NCBI RefSeq assembly: GCF_006345805.1
Contig: NW_021836734.1
Coordinates: 1 to 22,837, forward strand
Reading direction: 5' to 3'
From: Octopus sinensis
Taxonomy: Eukaryota
DNA: 22,837 bases
The translations under genes and the position numbers were made by a program. The notes beneath the pieces were generated by a model. That model searched no databases, had not been told where the DNA came from, and saw nothing but the letters and a program-made list of their open reading frames with translations. Below are positions 1 through 10,258 of this stretch, piece by piece (position 1 is the first letter of the stretch; each line of letters begins with the position of its first letter).

Positions 1-240
1 AAGTCGTTGCTGTAATATTAAGAGAAGTGGAGGGCGAGAAATACGAGGAGGAGGAGAAGGGAGAGGAGATGGATGTATTGATGAAGATGGAAGTGGCGTA
101 GAAGCGGAAGATGTGCAAAAGTGAGAGGTAGGAGGAGAAGCAGGAGGTGACGATAGAAGAGAGAGAGAGAGAAATGGAGAGAGAAAGAAAAGTATATAAA
201 GAGGGAGAGAGAGAGAATGAGAGATAGACGAAGTGAAGTA
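1..240. repeat. Purine-rich (GA/GGA/GAA) low-complexity tract
   Basis: Nearly pure A/G composition with GAGAGA and GAGGAG runs. Confidence 0.8.
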
Positions 241-312
241 CAGTTGTAGCAAAATCGTAAGTCACTCGGTCATCAAATGTTGTTGAAAATGTATTTCCTT
301 ATATTGATGTTC

Positions 313-460
313 ACGTTATGAGTTCAAATCCCGTCTATGTCGGCTTTGCCCCTTCCTCCGTTCGGTGTCGATGAAATAAATACCAGTTGAGTACTGGGGT
401 CGACGTAATCGACTTATCCTGTCCCCGAAATTGTTGACCCTTTGCAAAAATTTCAAAACC
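313..460 (+). mobile_element. Decayed, 5'-truncated SINE of the Nin-domain-like family (same family as 7443-7680)
   Basis: GAGTTCAAATCCCG...TACCAGTTGAGTACTGGGGTCGACGTAATCGACTTA aligns by eye with GAGTTCAAATTCCG...TACCAGTTACGCACTGGGGTCGATGTAATCGACTTA in the copies at 7443-7680 and 12921-13656. Confidence 0.75.
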
Positions 461-495
461 ACACCCACCAACAATATTTACTGTAACCCATCTTT

Positions 496-550
496 TATTA
501 TTATTATTATTGTTGCTGTTATTGTTGTTGTTATTATTACTATTATTATA
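496..550. repeat. (TTA)/(TTG) microsatellite
   Basis: Direct reading; source of the poly-Asn in ORF 335..655. Confidence 0.9.
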
Positions 551-940
551 GTGGAGGCGCAATGGCCCAATGGTTAGGGCAGCGGACTCGCGGTCATAGG
601 ATCGCGGTTTCGATTCCCAGACCGGGCGTTGTGAGTGTTTATTGAGCGAAAACACCTAAAGCTCCACGAGGCTCCGGCAGGGGGTGGTGGTGATCCCTGC
701 TGTACTCTTTCACCACAACTTTCTCTCACTCTTACTTCCTTCCTGTTTCTGTTGTACCTGTATTTCAAAGGGCCGGACTTGTCACTCTCTGTGTCACGCT
801 GAATATCCCCGAGAACTACGTTAAGGGTGCACGTGTCTGTAGAGTGCTCAGCCACTTACACGTTAATTTCACGAGCAGGCTGTTCCGTTGATTCGGATCA
901 ACCGGAACCCTCGTCGTCGTAACCGTCGGAGTGCTTCCAC
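551..940 (+). mobile_element. Full-length tRNA-derived SINE (~390 bp) with 13-bp TSD
   Basis: Pol III A box (TGGCCCAATGG) and B box (GGTTTCGATTCC) in the head; perfect flanking direct repeat ACTATTATTATAG at 539-551 and 939-951; closely similar inverted copy at 12362-12745. Confidence 0.9.
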
Positions 941-1308
941 TATTATTATAGCTTCGGCTGCTGTTTGTACGGTTCTATATTTCTGTATTATATTGCGGCG
1001 TCTGATGGTGCTTGTGAAGAAAATATTTTATTTTTCTGTATTATATATAACAGTAATAGATGTGTTGAGAATGCGCCTTGTGAGCAAGGTATGCGTGGCT
1101 CTCACACAGGGTACGTTCCTCCGTGTGATATATACATTATCGTGTCTGGCAGTGTTTGTTTGAAGTATATTTTGTATGGGCATATTTATTAAGTCTTATA
1201 GTCTCGGCTGGTGAATCTGCGGAATATATATAAAGTGCGTTGGGAGTTTTATTTTAAACGGGCGTTCGTTATAAAAGCATGTGCTGTGTACGTTGCGCAT
1301 ACAATATG

Positions 1309-1364
1309 TGTGGATTATGCGATTAAAGTGTATGCGATTAAAGTGGATTATGCGATTAAAGTGG
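1309..1364. repeat. Short tandem repeat, 3 copies of TATGCGATTAAAGTG
   Basis: Direct reading; produces the HFNRII repeat in ORF 1196..1483. Confidence 0.85.
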
Positions 1365-1407
1365 GTTGTGAGCAATGCCTTAGCAGGGTACGATTTTAAA
1401 TTGTATA

Positions 1408-1881
1408 CAGAGTTGTGGATCTTAGTATTTTTATATTTGGTGGCTTTGTTCCTGCACACATTTATATCTCCACTTTGAACCATTTTAATAATACGAGCAT
1501 AAATTCTAATCTATGGAAGTCCCAGCTGTCATACCCGTTGATGCTCTCCCTTGATTAAAACTGGACAGCCTAACAAAACACGGATACTTTCTTCTCAATC
1601 TCAAGACTTCAGACATATTCTAAAACTACAAAACAGGTCATTTTTACACGCTAGAAGAAGCAGTCAAAACGACCAAAACCACATTTAAGAGTAATTTTTG
1701 AAGGGAATGAAAAATAAAAACTTTTACCTTGTTATTTATTTGCTAAAGAAATTCTGAAACCTAGGTATAACAGTAAAAAAATAACAAGGTAAACGTATTA
1801 TTAAAATGGTTCAAAGTGGTGATGTAAATGTGTGCATGAACAAAGCCACCAAATATAAAAATACTAAGAACCACAACTCTG
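1408..1881. mobile_element. Tc1/mariner-type MITE, 474 bp, 88-bp TIRs, TA target duplication
   Basis: 1408-1495 is the reverse complement of 1794-1881 at 84/88 positions; termini CAG...CTG flanked by TA at 1406-1407 and 1882-1883; no transposase ORF. Confidence 0.85.
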
Positions 1882-2748
1882 TATACAGTTACTGTGAGTT
1901 TTGATTGGAAGTCTTTGATTGCTTGGCGGAGTTGTGAATCATTAAGTCTTGTCTGAATCAGCCAGTGATACAATCTTTCTTCATCTATTTTTACCCTGAC
2001 CCCTTTTTTCATATTTATTGGTCATGTTAGAGCCTTTATTGCCATCTATTTATCATGGACTCTGAAATCCTATTTTCAGCTTCATTTATAGATGTTTTAC
2101 AACTTCCATAATTGCTTCTCTTTTTTCATTATAAATATCTTTCACTGCACATTCCGTCTTCCTATAACTGGTTTCCTTAACGACATAAAACAGTTTTTTT
2201 ATTCGTTTCGTAATTTATATTATCCTAATTGTCAACTATTCTAAACTAATATTTTTTTCTAGTTCTACATAGGTAATTTGAAACAGTTTCCTAGTTTCAT
2301 AGCCCCCTTATGTCCCTTTATTCGTAGTAAATGTAATAATCCCTGGCAGAGACTTTGTGTGACGGATACGAAATACCGTCGTAAATTTTCTCTTTGTCCA
2401 ATAATCTAATTCACCTGGCGTCCGTTTGAGAATAGTTCAACAATAAATTATTATTACTGCAGCAAATTGATGAATGTAACTTTATTGTTTGACATTTACC
2501 TGTGTTTTAAGTATTAACCTAGAGTGCGCATATGTTTCTTTCTAAACCTTTCCTCTAGCTCTGTATTATATCCTGTTTAGTTAAGCTGCTGTAGTTCCGA
2601 TGTATTCCTTAGATTCTGGTGTAATTTTCCATTTATTTAACTGCCAACATAGGAATCTTCTTAATTAATGTTCCTCTATTCAAGATCGCCATGTTGAATA
2701 TTTTAATCAAGAACTGATATAAATTCCTTCAGTATATCTTTATATATA

Positions 2749-2922
2749 GGGGTAGGAGTGGCTGTGTGGTAAGTAGCTTGCTTACGAACTACATGGATCC
2801 GGGTTCAGTCCCACCGCGTGGCACCTTGAGCAAGTGTCTTCTGCTATAGGCTTCGGCTGACCAAAGCCTTGTGGGTGGATTTGGTTGACGGAAACTAAAA
2901 GCCCGTCGAATATATGTAAACG

Positions 2923-2959
<37 letters not shown>

Positions 2960-3144
2960 GTGTGTATGCATGTATGTATGTGTGTGTATATGTTTGTGTG
3001 TCTGTGTTTGTTCCCCCAACATTGTTTGACAACCGATGTTGTTGCGTTTACGTCCCCATAAAATGGCGGCTCGGCAAAAGAGACCGATAGAATAAGTACT
3101 AGGCCTACTAAGAATAAGTCCTGGGGTCGATTTACTCGACTAAA
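2749..3144 (+). mobile_element. tRNA-derived SINE with internal (TA)(TG) microsatellite (octopus OR/OK-type family), tail displaced
   Basis: Head TGGCTGTGTGGTAAG (A box), GGGTTCAGTCCC (B-box-like); collinear with copies at 3701-4142, 9370-9777 and 13876-14310; sequence stops at CGACTAAA and the tail reappears at 3436-3469. Confidence 0.9.
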
Positions 3145-3423
3145 ATTTTGAAAAGTTCCCCCAGTTCTGAAAAAATCGATAAATTCGACATGGGGTCGAG
3201 AATCTAAGCTTTTTATATGCAACACATTTTCTGTTGTAGTTTTCGCAACTTGCAATCAGGAAACAGCTAGGAACATCGTATACATAGAAGTATTCGAGTG
3301 AAGAGAAGACATTGAAACCTACACATGCGCCTTCGTTCCCTATAGGGAAAGAACTAGATTGGGATTAGTCGTTGCCTACTAGGGGTTCTTACATACCGGG
3401 GCAACACCGGGCTATGCTGCTAG
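3145..3423 (+). mobile_element. Helitron 3' fragment
   Basis: Ends in CCGGGGCAACACCGGG hairpin-like motif (3396-3411), short spacer and CTAG (3420-3423) followed by T; same terminal design as the Helitron at 8697-9210. Confidence 0.6.
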
Positions 3424-3700
3424 TAAATAATAAATGGAAATGAAACTGAAACAAGTAAAACAGTAAAAGTGTATATTTTGTATCAGTTATCTTTGCTGCT
3501 TTATCGTCTTCATCACGCATCACCCAGACACAAAACATTGTTCATTGCCCTCAGTATTCATATCTTGGTAGGATTTAACATATTCAGTTTAAAATGAATC
3601 GGAATGGAGACCTGGATTCCCACAAAAACACACATCTAACTAGAGTTTTGTTTTCACAATATATCTCCCCTTCTTCTCCTTCGACAATCTTGTAATTTCC

Positions 3701-3907
3701 TTTACTCTTTTACTTGTTTCAGTCATTTGACTGCGGCCATGCTGGAGCACCGCCTTTTAGTCGAGCAAATCGACCCCGGGACTTATTCTTTCTGTAAGCC
3801 CAGTACTTATTCTATCGGTCTCTTTTGCCGAACCGCTAAGTGACGGGGACATAAACACACCAGCATCGGTTGTCAAGCAATGCCAGGGGGACAACACAGA
3901 CACACAA

Positions 3908-3982
<75 letters not shown>

Positions 3983-4142
3983 TACGACAGGCTTCTTTCA
4001 GTTTCTGTCTACCAAATCCACTCACAAGGCATTGGTCAGCCTGGGGCTATAGCAGAAGACACTTGCCCAAGGTGCCACGCAGTGGGACTGAACCTGGAAC
4101 CATGTGGTTGGTTAGCAAGCTCCTTACCACACAGCCACTCCT
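3701..4142 (-). mobile_element. Near full-length tRNA-derived SINE with internal (TA)/(CA) microsatellite
   Basis: Reverse complement of the family at 9370-9777, including the ACTGAAACAAGTAAAAGAGTAAA tail and AGGAGTGGCTGTGTGGTAAG head. Confidence 0.92.
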
Positions 4143-4954
4143 TTCTCAACATATTTTTCATTTTGTTAGATACTTATTTGTGTTCCTTGTTTGTTTTTCG
4201 TTATGTATTCTTTGTTTTGAGAATATACAGACTGGAGTACCTGGATAGGCTGTTAAGATCCAACATTACGTTTTGATCCGAGTTGTTCCCGTCTAAATTA
4301 CATGCAACTTTATACATTCTGTTATTGCAGTTCTTTTACACATGTACGAGCCTCTTCTTCTTATTGATAATCTGTTATAAACTGTCACTTGTAGAAATTG
4401 CTATTTATCATACTTCTTGCACCAATATCACATTGCATAATGAATGCCTTCTCCGGTATCAGAATATCCGTGGGTGTTTTTAAAATTTAACAGCTAAATC
4501 TATGCAAATCACTTTCTCAGCTTGGTTCTGGGAATTATTACATTCAGTTAATACTGTTCTTCCGATTAATAGTTCAACATTTTCATGATATCTGATGATA
4601 TCTGATCTATTAAGAGGGCTGTGGTAGTTAAAAGGGTCTAAATAATATTTTCCCATGACAAGTGCTTTCTACGACAAATGAAACTTCATACGGGTACAAC
4701 AGAGGCTTATTCCCTAATGATTTGAAATCTATTGACTTGGTATATGCAGAACAGTTTCACTCTGTCATTGGCTACGAATATACTCGAGAGGAGCTAAGCA
4801 GGGTTTCTTGATACGATGCGGCCTATTTTCCAGAAAATACTGCGCAAAAAAAACCGATATTTTTCATCTATCTGACAGAAATGATACATATACGTATAAG
4901 TGTGTGTTCTAGTAGTGAAGCTGATGTATGCATGGATCACACACACACCCTAAT

Positions 4955-5054
4955 GTTCGTCCTTCGGGTTCGAAGATGACCACTGACATCATCTGATGGA
5001 ACTGCCGCTATGAGACCGGAGGTGGCTGGTGAGGCCAATCCGGGCAAGGAAGTC

Positions 5055-5055
<1 letters not shown>
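4955..5055 (-). mobile_element. 5'-truncated RTE-clade LINE 3' end (~100 bp) within a (CA)n tract
   Basis: Minus strand encodes FLARIGLTSHLRSH followed by a stop (in ORF 4989..5174), matching the recalled RTE C-terminal motif F-x-ARIGL-x-SHLR-x-H; 3' UTR ends GGTCATCTTCGAACCCGAAGGACGAAC, typical of RTE termini (recalled). Confidence 0.75.
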
Positions 5056-5092
<37 letters not shown>

Positions 5093-5198
5093 GTATACAC
5101 ACACACACATATATATTTTGCATATACACATCTGCACATACACATACATAAACAACACACGCATACACATACACATACTATTGTTCCAGTAAAGGTAT

Positions 5199-5661
5199 GT
5201 TGTAGCTGTTTGTTTAATCAAATGACACCTGATCCATAGAAATTATAATCAAATGCATGCTACTCATGACCATCCCGTCTATTTGCTTCAGTCACTGCAT
5301 TATCCAATGCATCTTTTCACTTCGAAGGCAGTAGACGGTAACTTGAGGGAGTCTGGACTCTTTGTCTTAGCAGATCTAACATCTACGTAGCTGCCCCTCC
5401 CATAGAAAAACCACCAAAGAACCTTCCCAAGTCATAGGCTTATAAGCTCAGTTTCCAGGTTTCTGTGGCATATATCCACTCCACCCTGGACGGAACCCCT
5501 ATCCGTTGCAGCATTACTAATTTTCGCCAGCTGAGCGGACTGGAACAACGGGAAACGAAATGTTTTACTCGAGAACACAACACACTACGCGAGTAGGAAT
5601 CGAAACCGCAATCCGAGATCATGATCGCTACACCCTAACCTAACCACCAAACCACACGCCT
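5199..5661 (-). mobile_element. Diverged tRNA-derived SINE (CORE/V-domain-like centre)
   Basis: Minus strand begins AGGCGTGTGGTTTGGTGGTTAGG...GCGGTTTCGATTCCTAC (A/B boxes, similar to the head of 551-940), then TTGTGTTCTCGAGTAAAACA; 3' boundary is approximate and based on a recalled octopus SINE tail. Confidence 0.65.
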
Positions 5662-6234
5662 GAACTTAAGAAAATATGGCTTTTCATTATTGTGACTGAG
5701 TTACGTAGACTGAATATGTATAGTTACGCTTCGGCTTTAGGTTCTGACATTATCTTTTCAATATCTAATCCACTTCTCTTTGGAAAATGTTACTGCACTC
5801 GTAATGTGATTACGACAGTGAGAGTTAACAAAGGCACGCATCAGTTTAGAAATTACATTAATAGCTGCTAGTTTATAAGGCTTCGTTATACTCAATTGTA
5901 CTCGACCAGCTTCCCGTCTTAGCGTTTACAATCGTTGGATGTCAGTGTTAATATGAACTGTATAGCGCTTTGTTAAAGAAAGTCATGAGAAGCAGTTTAT
6001 ATAAAACGGGTCTTTTATGCACTAATCTACCGCCGTATGCCACGGCTGACGCTTCAAATGTCTCAATGGTATTCTTGTTACTAAAAGTTAGTTTTAAAAT
6101 TGTTTAAAACTTTGTTAATATGCTAATTTTCCCATCCGAATGCGCAAATAATTCTTACACAGTTTCACTTTCATATAATCCAAAGTTTTATAGTAAGCAT
6201 AAACGTCCTCTTCCGGCATTATCTTTCTCTTCAT

Positions 6235-6377
<143 letters not shown>

Positions 6378-6895
6378 GACCTTCAAAAATTATCTGTCCA
6401 GTTGCTGTTGGATGTTATCTAAACTGTCGGCCATTATTAACATGGTCCGATGTACTTTACTAAAATATCGATCTGTGCAAATAAGTCTTTTGCATCGATT
6501 GTCTCCACACCCACATGATATTAACAAGCTGCTTAACTGTCTTGTGGGACTTCGACATTTACCATTCTATTCAAAAACAATTTCTTAATCAGTTCTCTTC
6601 ATCCAGTCATTTCATAAGGATAGTTATCCACTGTGGAGCACCTGGTCAATTAATCATCACCACGTCTCGGTAATATCCTTTATTTTCTTACATTTTGCGT
6701 CGGGGTTCAATGACAAAAACGTATGCCCACCTGTTTTCTTTCTATAGCGCGGAGGTCTTATAGATTGTTGAATAAATATATTATGCAGTAGGCGGCTATA
6801 TGAGATGATTTTTTCAAGGCTAATAACGCATATATACTTATATATGGATACAAGTATGCATATATGTATGTATGTATATGTATATAGACAGATAT

Positions 6896-6896
<1 letters not shown>

Positions 6897-6955
<59 letters not shown>

Positions 6956-6965
6956 ATAGACAGAC

Positions 6966-7036
<71 letters not shown>

Positions 7037-7045
7037 CAGATAGAC

Positions 7046-7136
<91 letters not shown>

Positions 7137-7137
7137 C

Positions 7138-7207
<70 letters not shown>
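6897..7207. repeat. (GATA)n microsatellite with sporadic GACA units, flanked by TA/CA-rich simple repeats
   Basis: Direct reading; source of the SIYL-repeat ORFs. Confidence 0.97.
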
Positions 7208-7208
<1 letters not shown>

Positions 7209-7442
7209 GATATATATGCGTGCATACATGCATACATACATTCATTACATTCATACAGACACATAAACTACATACATACGTACACACACACATACGCGCA
7301 AACACATACGTACATAAATACATACATACATATACATATGTATATGTTAATAACACGTAAAAGAAGGTGCTTCTTCCACTCACCAAAGTGAATGGAACTT
7401 TAGCCTGGAGGAACTGATTTCAACAGACGGTATTGAGTATTG

Positions 7443-7680
7443 GAAGGCGGCGAGCAGGCAGAAACGTTAGCCCGTGGGCGAAATGCTTCGCGGTATTTCG
7501 TCTGCCGTTACGTTGTGAGTTCAAATTCCGCCGAGGTCAACTTTGCCTTTCATCCTTTCGGGGTCGATTAATTAAGTACCAGTTACGCACTGGGGTCGAT
7601 GTAATCGACTTAATACCTATGTCTGTCCTTGTTTGTTTCTCTATGTTTAGCCCCTTGTGGGTAATAAAGAAATAGGTATT
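7443..7680 (+). mobile_element. Nin-domain-like tRNA-derived SINE, monomer, with 13-bp TSD
   Basis: Head GAAGGCGGCGAGCAGGCAGAAACGTTAG, B-box-like GAGTTCAAATTCC, core GCCTTTCATCCTTTCGGGGTCGAT (Nin-like by recall); direct repeat GGTATTGAGTATT at 7429-7441 and 7675-7687. Confidence 0.9.
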
Positions 7681-7687
7681 GAGTATT

Positions 7688-8096
7688 CAGCGGGTGTTTC
7701 AACCCTGAACCGTAATACCCTTCCGTTGGTGGATCAGCAGAGGTGGGCAAATGACTGCACCGCATCACTTCTTGGTTTCCAGCTTAACTCCTCGTTCTTG
7801 CTACATAACCAAGCAGAGACTCTTTCAGCTACCTCACCCATCCTGTACACAGCCACCCTCATCTCTTTTCCACTCATTTCAATGGCTGTAAGCATCCTCC
7901 ATGCCGAGTGAACAAGGAACCCCCTGCAGCCAGCCTCGACTAGGAAAAGCCGTAAATGCAATCCTTTCTCCCTGCAATCCTCTCATACTTGGCACTCTTC
8001 AATTCGTCGTCCTGATCACACCACTTCCCATGGGACTGTAAGCTCAATCAAGATCATTTTGTTGGTCTTTTCAGATCACAAAACCACATCTAGCCT
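7688..8096 (-). mobile_element. 5'-truncated Hero/NeSL-like LINE: restriction-like endonuclease (RLE) domain and 3' UTR
   Basis: Minus strand: RLDVVL*SEKTNKMILIELTVPWE...ELKSAKYE...LVEAGCRGF...AERVSAWL (partly ORF 7734..7961), matching the recalled Hero RLE signature RPDxVLWS...ELTVPWE...K..KY...VEVGCRGF...AEKASRWLW; stops and frameshifts present. Confidence 0.85.
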
Positions 8097-8696
8097 ATCG
8101 ATATCGATTTTAGGATTTGTTCACTGTCATCACTTTCCCGGTTTTTCTATTCATTTCTTCAATCCCGTTCTTTGTTTACTTAACACCACCTGCTCTTATT
8201 CTTTCCATTGAGCCCAAATTTCTGTAATTAATTTGTTTCTTCTGATGTAAGTTCAAAGCTTTCCTTTATCTCACTCTCCTTGACTTTTGTCATACCCCCA
8301 AAATAAATACCCTGATACTTATATCCATCCGTCTCAACATACTTGATTTTCTCACCATTGGATAGTCCTTCACTATCAGATGACATTAGTTTGCCTTTTT
8401 ATGTTAAGCATGCCAAGCTTTTTAATCCCAAATTCCATCCCGATATCCTTATTGAATACGTGCACTGTTGAAACCAGACCATTCATGCATCCTCTGCATC
8501 GCATCTGGTACCCTTGTTACGTGTATTTGCCCATCTAATTCCTGAAACGGTTTCTTCTGATTTGCTTTAAACAATCTTTTTTGTCTGAACTGTCTTTTTC
8601 TGTTGTCGTATCTTTCCAGTTTTGCTTTTTGATTATTACTACTCTTTATTTCAATTCTTCTAACATCACATCAAAACCTTTATCTCTTATTCTATA

Positions 8697-9210
8697 CTAG
8701 CAGTATCGCCCGGCGTTGCTCGGGTTTGTAAGGGAAATAACTATATAAGCATTTTTAGAGAGTTACTTCCGTTATAGATGCCAATTCGGGCTTTCTTAGC
8801 CATTTCTGTTTTGGTGTCTTCAAGCCATGAAGTCGTAGTTCTAAAAGAACGCTGGTCTCCTTGACAACGCTTTACGACGTTGATTTCCTTACACTCCCTT
8901 CCCCACAGCTTCACGAGGGAGGGAAGAAGGGGGAGAAGCAACACAGGTGCAGATGTGAGCGTGGACGCCAACTCCGCCGCCATCGACACACGAAAAAATA
9001 TGCATTAAAATGGAATAAAAATTGATGTTAAATTATTTTTAAAATCGTAGACTCATCGTAGACGCGCGCTAATACCCAGACGGGCTCGATATGAATCACG
9101 ACTATAAGATACCCGAATTTGGTTAAACTGCACCGCAAAATGTGGGAGTAGTTAGGAATCTAAATCGAAGGGGACAGACACTCACACAACTACAGTTTTA
9201 TGTATATAGA
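8697..9210 (-). mobile_element. Complete non-autonomous Helitron (514 bp)
   Basis: Minus strand starts TCTATATACATAAAA (9210) after A and ends CCCGAGCAACGCCGGG hairpin + CGATACTG + CTAG (8697) before T; A/T insertion site with no TSD; removing it restores the LINE reading frame. Confidence 0.9.
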
Positions 9211-9369
9211 TGTTCTTTACAGCTTTATTCTTCTACTTTCGTTCGGCAATTCCCCTCTTCTCAATCTATCAACTTGTCCTAAATGTCTTTTTAACTTTGA
9301 TTCTCACAAATTCCTCTCAGCCCGCCAGTATGGTTCTCTACGTTCTCTTTGATCTTTTATTTTGTATCC

Positions 9370-9530
9370 TGGCTGTGTGGTAAGTAGCTTGCTAACCAAC
9401 CACATGGTTCCGGGTTCAGTCCCACTGCGTGGCATCTTGGGCAAGTGTCTTCTGCTATAGCCCCGGGCCGACCAATGCCTTGTGAGTGGATTTGGTAGAC
9501 GGAAACTGAAAGAAGCGTGTCGTATATATG

Positions 9531-9563
<33 letters not shown>

Positions 9564-9777
9564 TGTCCCCCTAGCATTGCTTGACAACCGATGCTGGTGT
9601 GTTTATGTCCGTCCCCGTCACTTAGCGGTTCGGCAAAAGAGACCGATGGAATAAGTACTGGGCTTACAAAGAATGAGTCCCAGGATCGATTTGCTCGACT
9701 AAAGGCGGTGCTCCAGCATGGCCGCAGTCAAATGACTGAAACAAGTAAAAGAGTAAAAGAGAAAGAGTAAAAGAGTA
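9370..9777 (+). mobile_element. tRNA-derived SINE (same family as 2749-3144)
   Basis: TGGCTGTGTGGTAAG head through repeated AAAAGAGT tail; collinear with the other three copies. Confidence 0.92.
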
Positions 9778-10179
9778 ACACTCTCTGCAGAAACCATCGT
9801 TGCAGCCTAAATAATCTTGTTATATTTCAGTTATATTTCTCGTCTGGAATAGCCCAAGGGCCGAATCTATCTTTTCGGTTTCAACTTTGAGCTTGCGTCG
9901 ATCGACGTCCTTGAGATTTGGAGGGTGCTTGATCGATCCTGGTCTTCTCTAATATATCGGCACCGCATCCTCCCTATGTCTTCTTTGGTCAGCATCGTAT
10001 TCTTGTGCCATAACTCTTCCTATTATTTCTGCTTTATTTACTGAGAATGTTTTTTACATTTACACTTTGCTCTACGTCTTCACTGCCGCCTTTCATTTTT
10101 CTGTTCTCACTTGGCACGTTTTCTTTTGGAGAAGCATTATTTATATCTTCTGTTTTCCTTTTTATCTCTTCTATTTCCA

Positions 10180-10258
<79 letters not shown>

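Larger units (their letters stand above)
1030..4600 (-). mobile_element. Heavily decayed R4/Dong-like (RLE) non-LTR retrotransposon, split by a MITE, two SINEs and a Helitron fragment
   Basis: Hand translation of the minus strand gives collinear motif remnants: GRTVL (4563-4549), RRGSYMCK (4358-4335), RLILKTQVN (2520-2494), KIDEERLYHWLIQTRL (ORF 1761..2012) and, more weakly, LINMPIQ...ARHDNV...NTSITV (1192-1030). They resemble recalled R4/Dong ORF motifs in the right order. Many stops and frameshifts; ends approximate. Confidence 0.6.
8090..10020 (-). mobile_element. Second decayed R4/Dong-like LINE (N-terminal region joined to late RT domain by an internal deletion), interrupted by a Helitron and a SINE
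   Basis: Minus-strand motifs in order: PPNLKDVDRRKLKVETEKID (~9950-9890), EPYWR (~9340), RTYRIRDKGFDVMLEELK (across the Helitron site), RQFRQKRLFKANQKKPFQELDG, VPDA, then GLVSTVHVFNKDIGMEFGIKK (DIGMEFG at 8447-8427), GYKYQGI, RKTGKVMT, PKIDIDRL. The central RT motifs are missing between ~8500 and ~8480. Confidence 0.8.

Noticed and set aside
551-630. Possible tRNA gene
   Set aside because: A and B boxes are present, but the acceptor and anticodon stems do not pair and the sequence continues into a SINE body with a TSD; the same holds for the other SINE heads.
335-1163. ORFs 335..655, 574..855 and 888..1163
   Set aside because: They lie over a SINE, a microsatellite and the antisense strand of a LINE relic; equivalent ORFs recur in the second SINE copy (12409-12911).
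4590-4615. CTGATGA at ~4592
   Set aside because: Part of a short TGATATC duplication inside the LINE relic; no downstream GAAA or stems.
8741-8989. 82-aa ORF
   Set aside because: Internal to the non-autonomous Helitron; no recognisable Rep/helicase motif.
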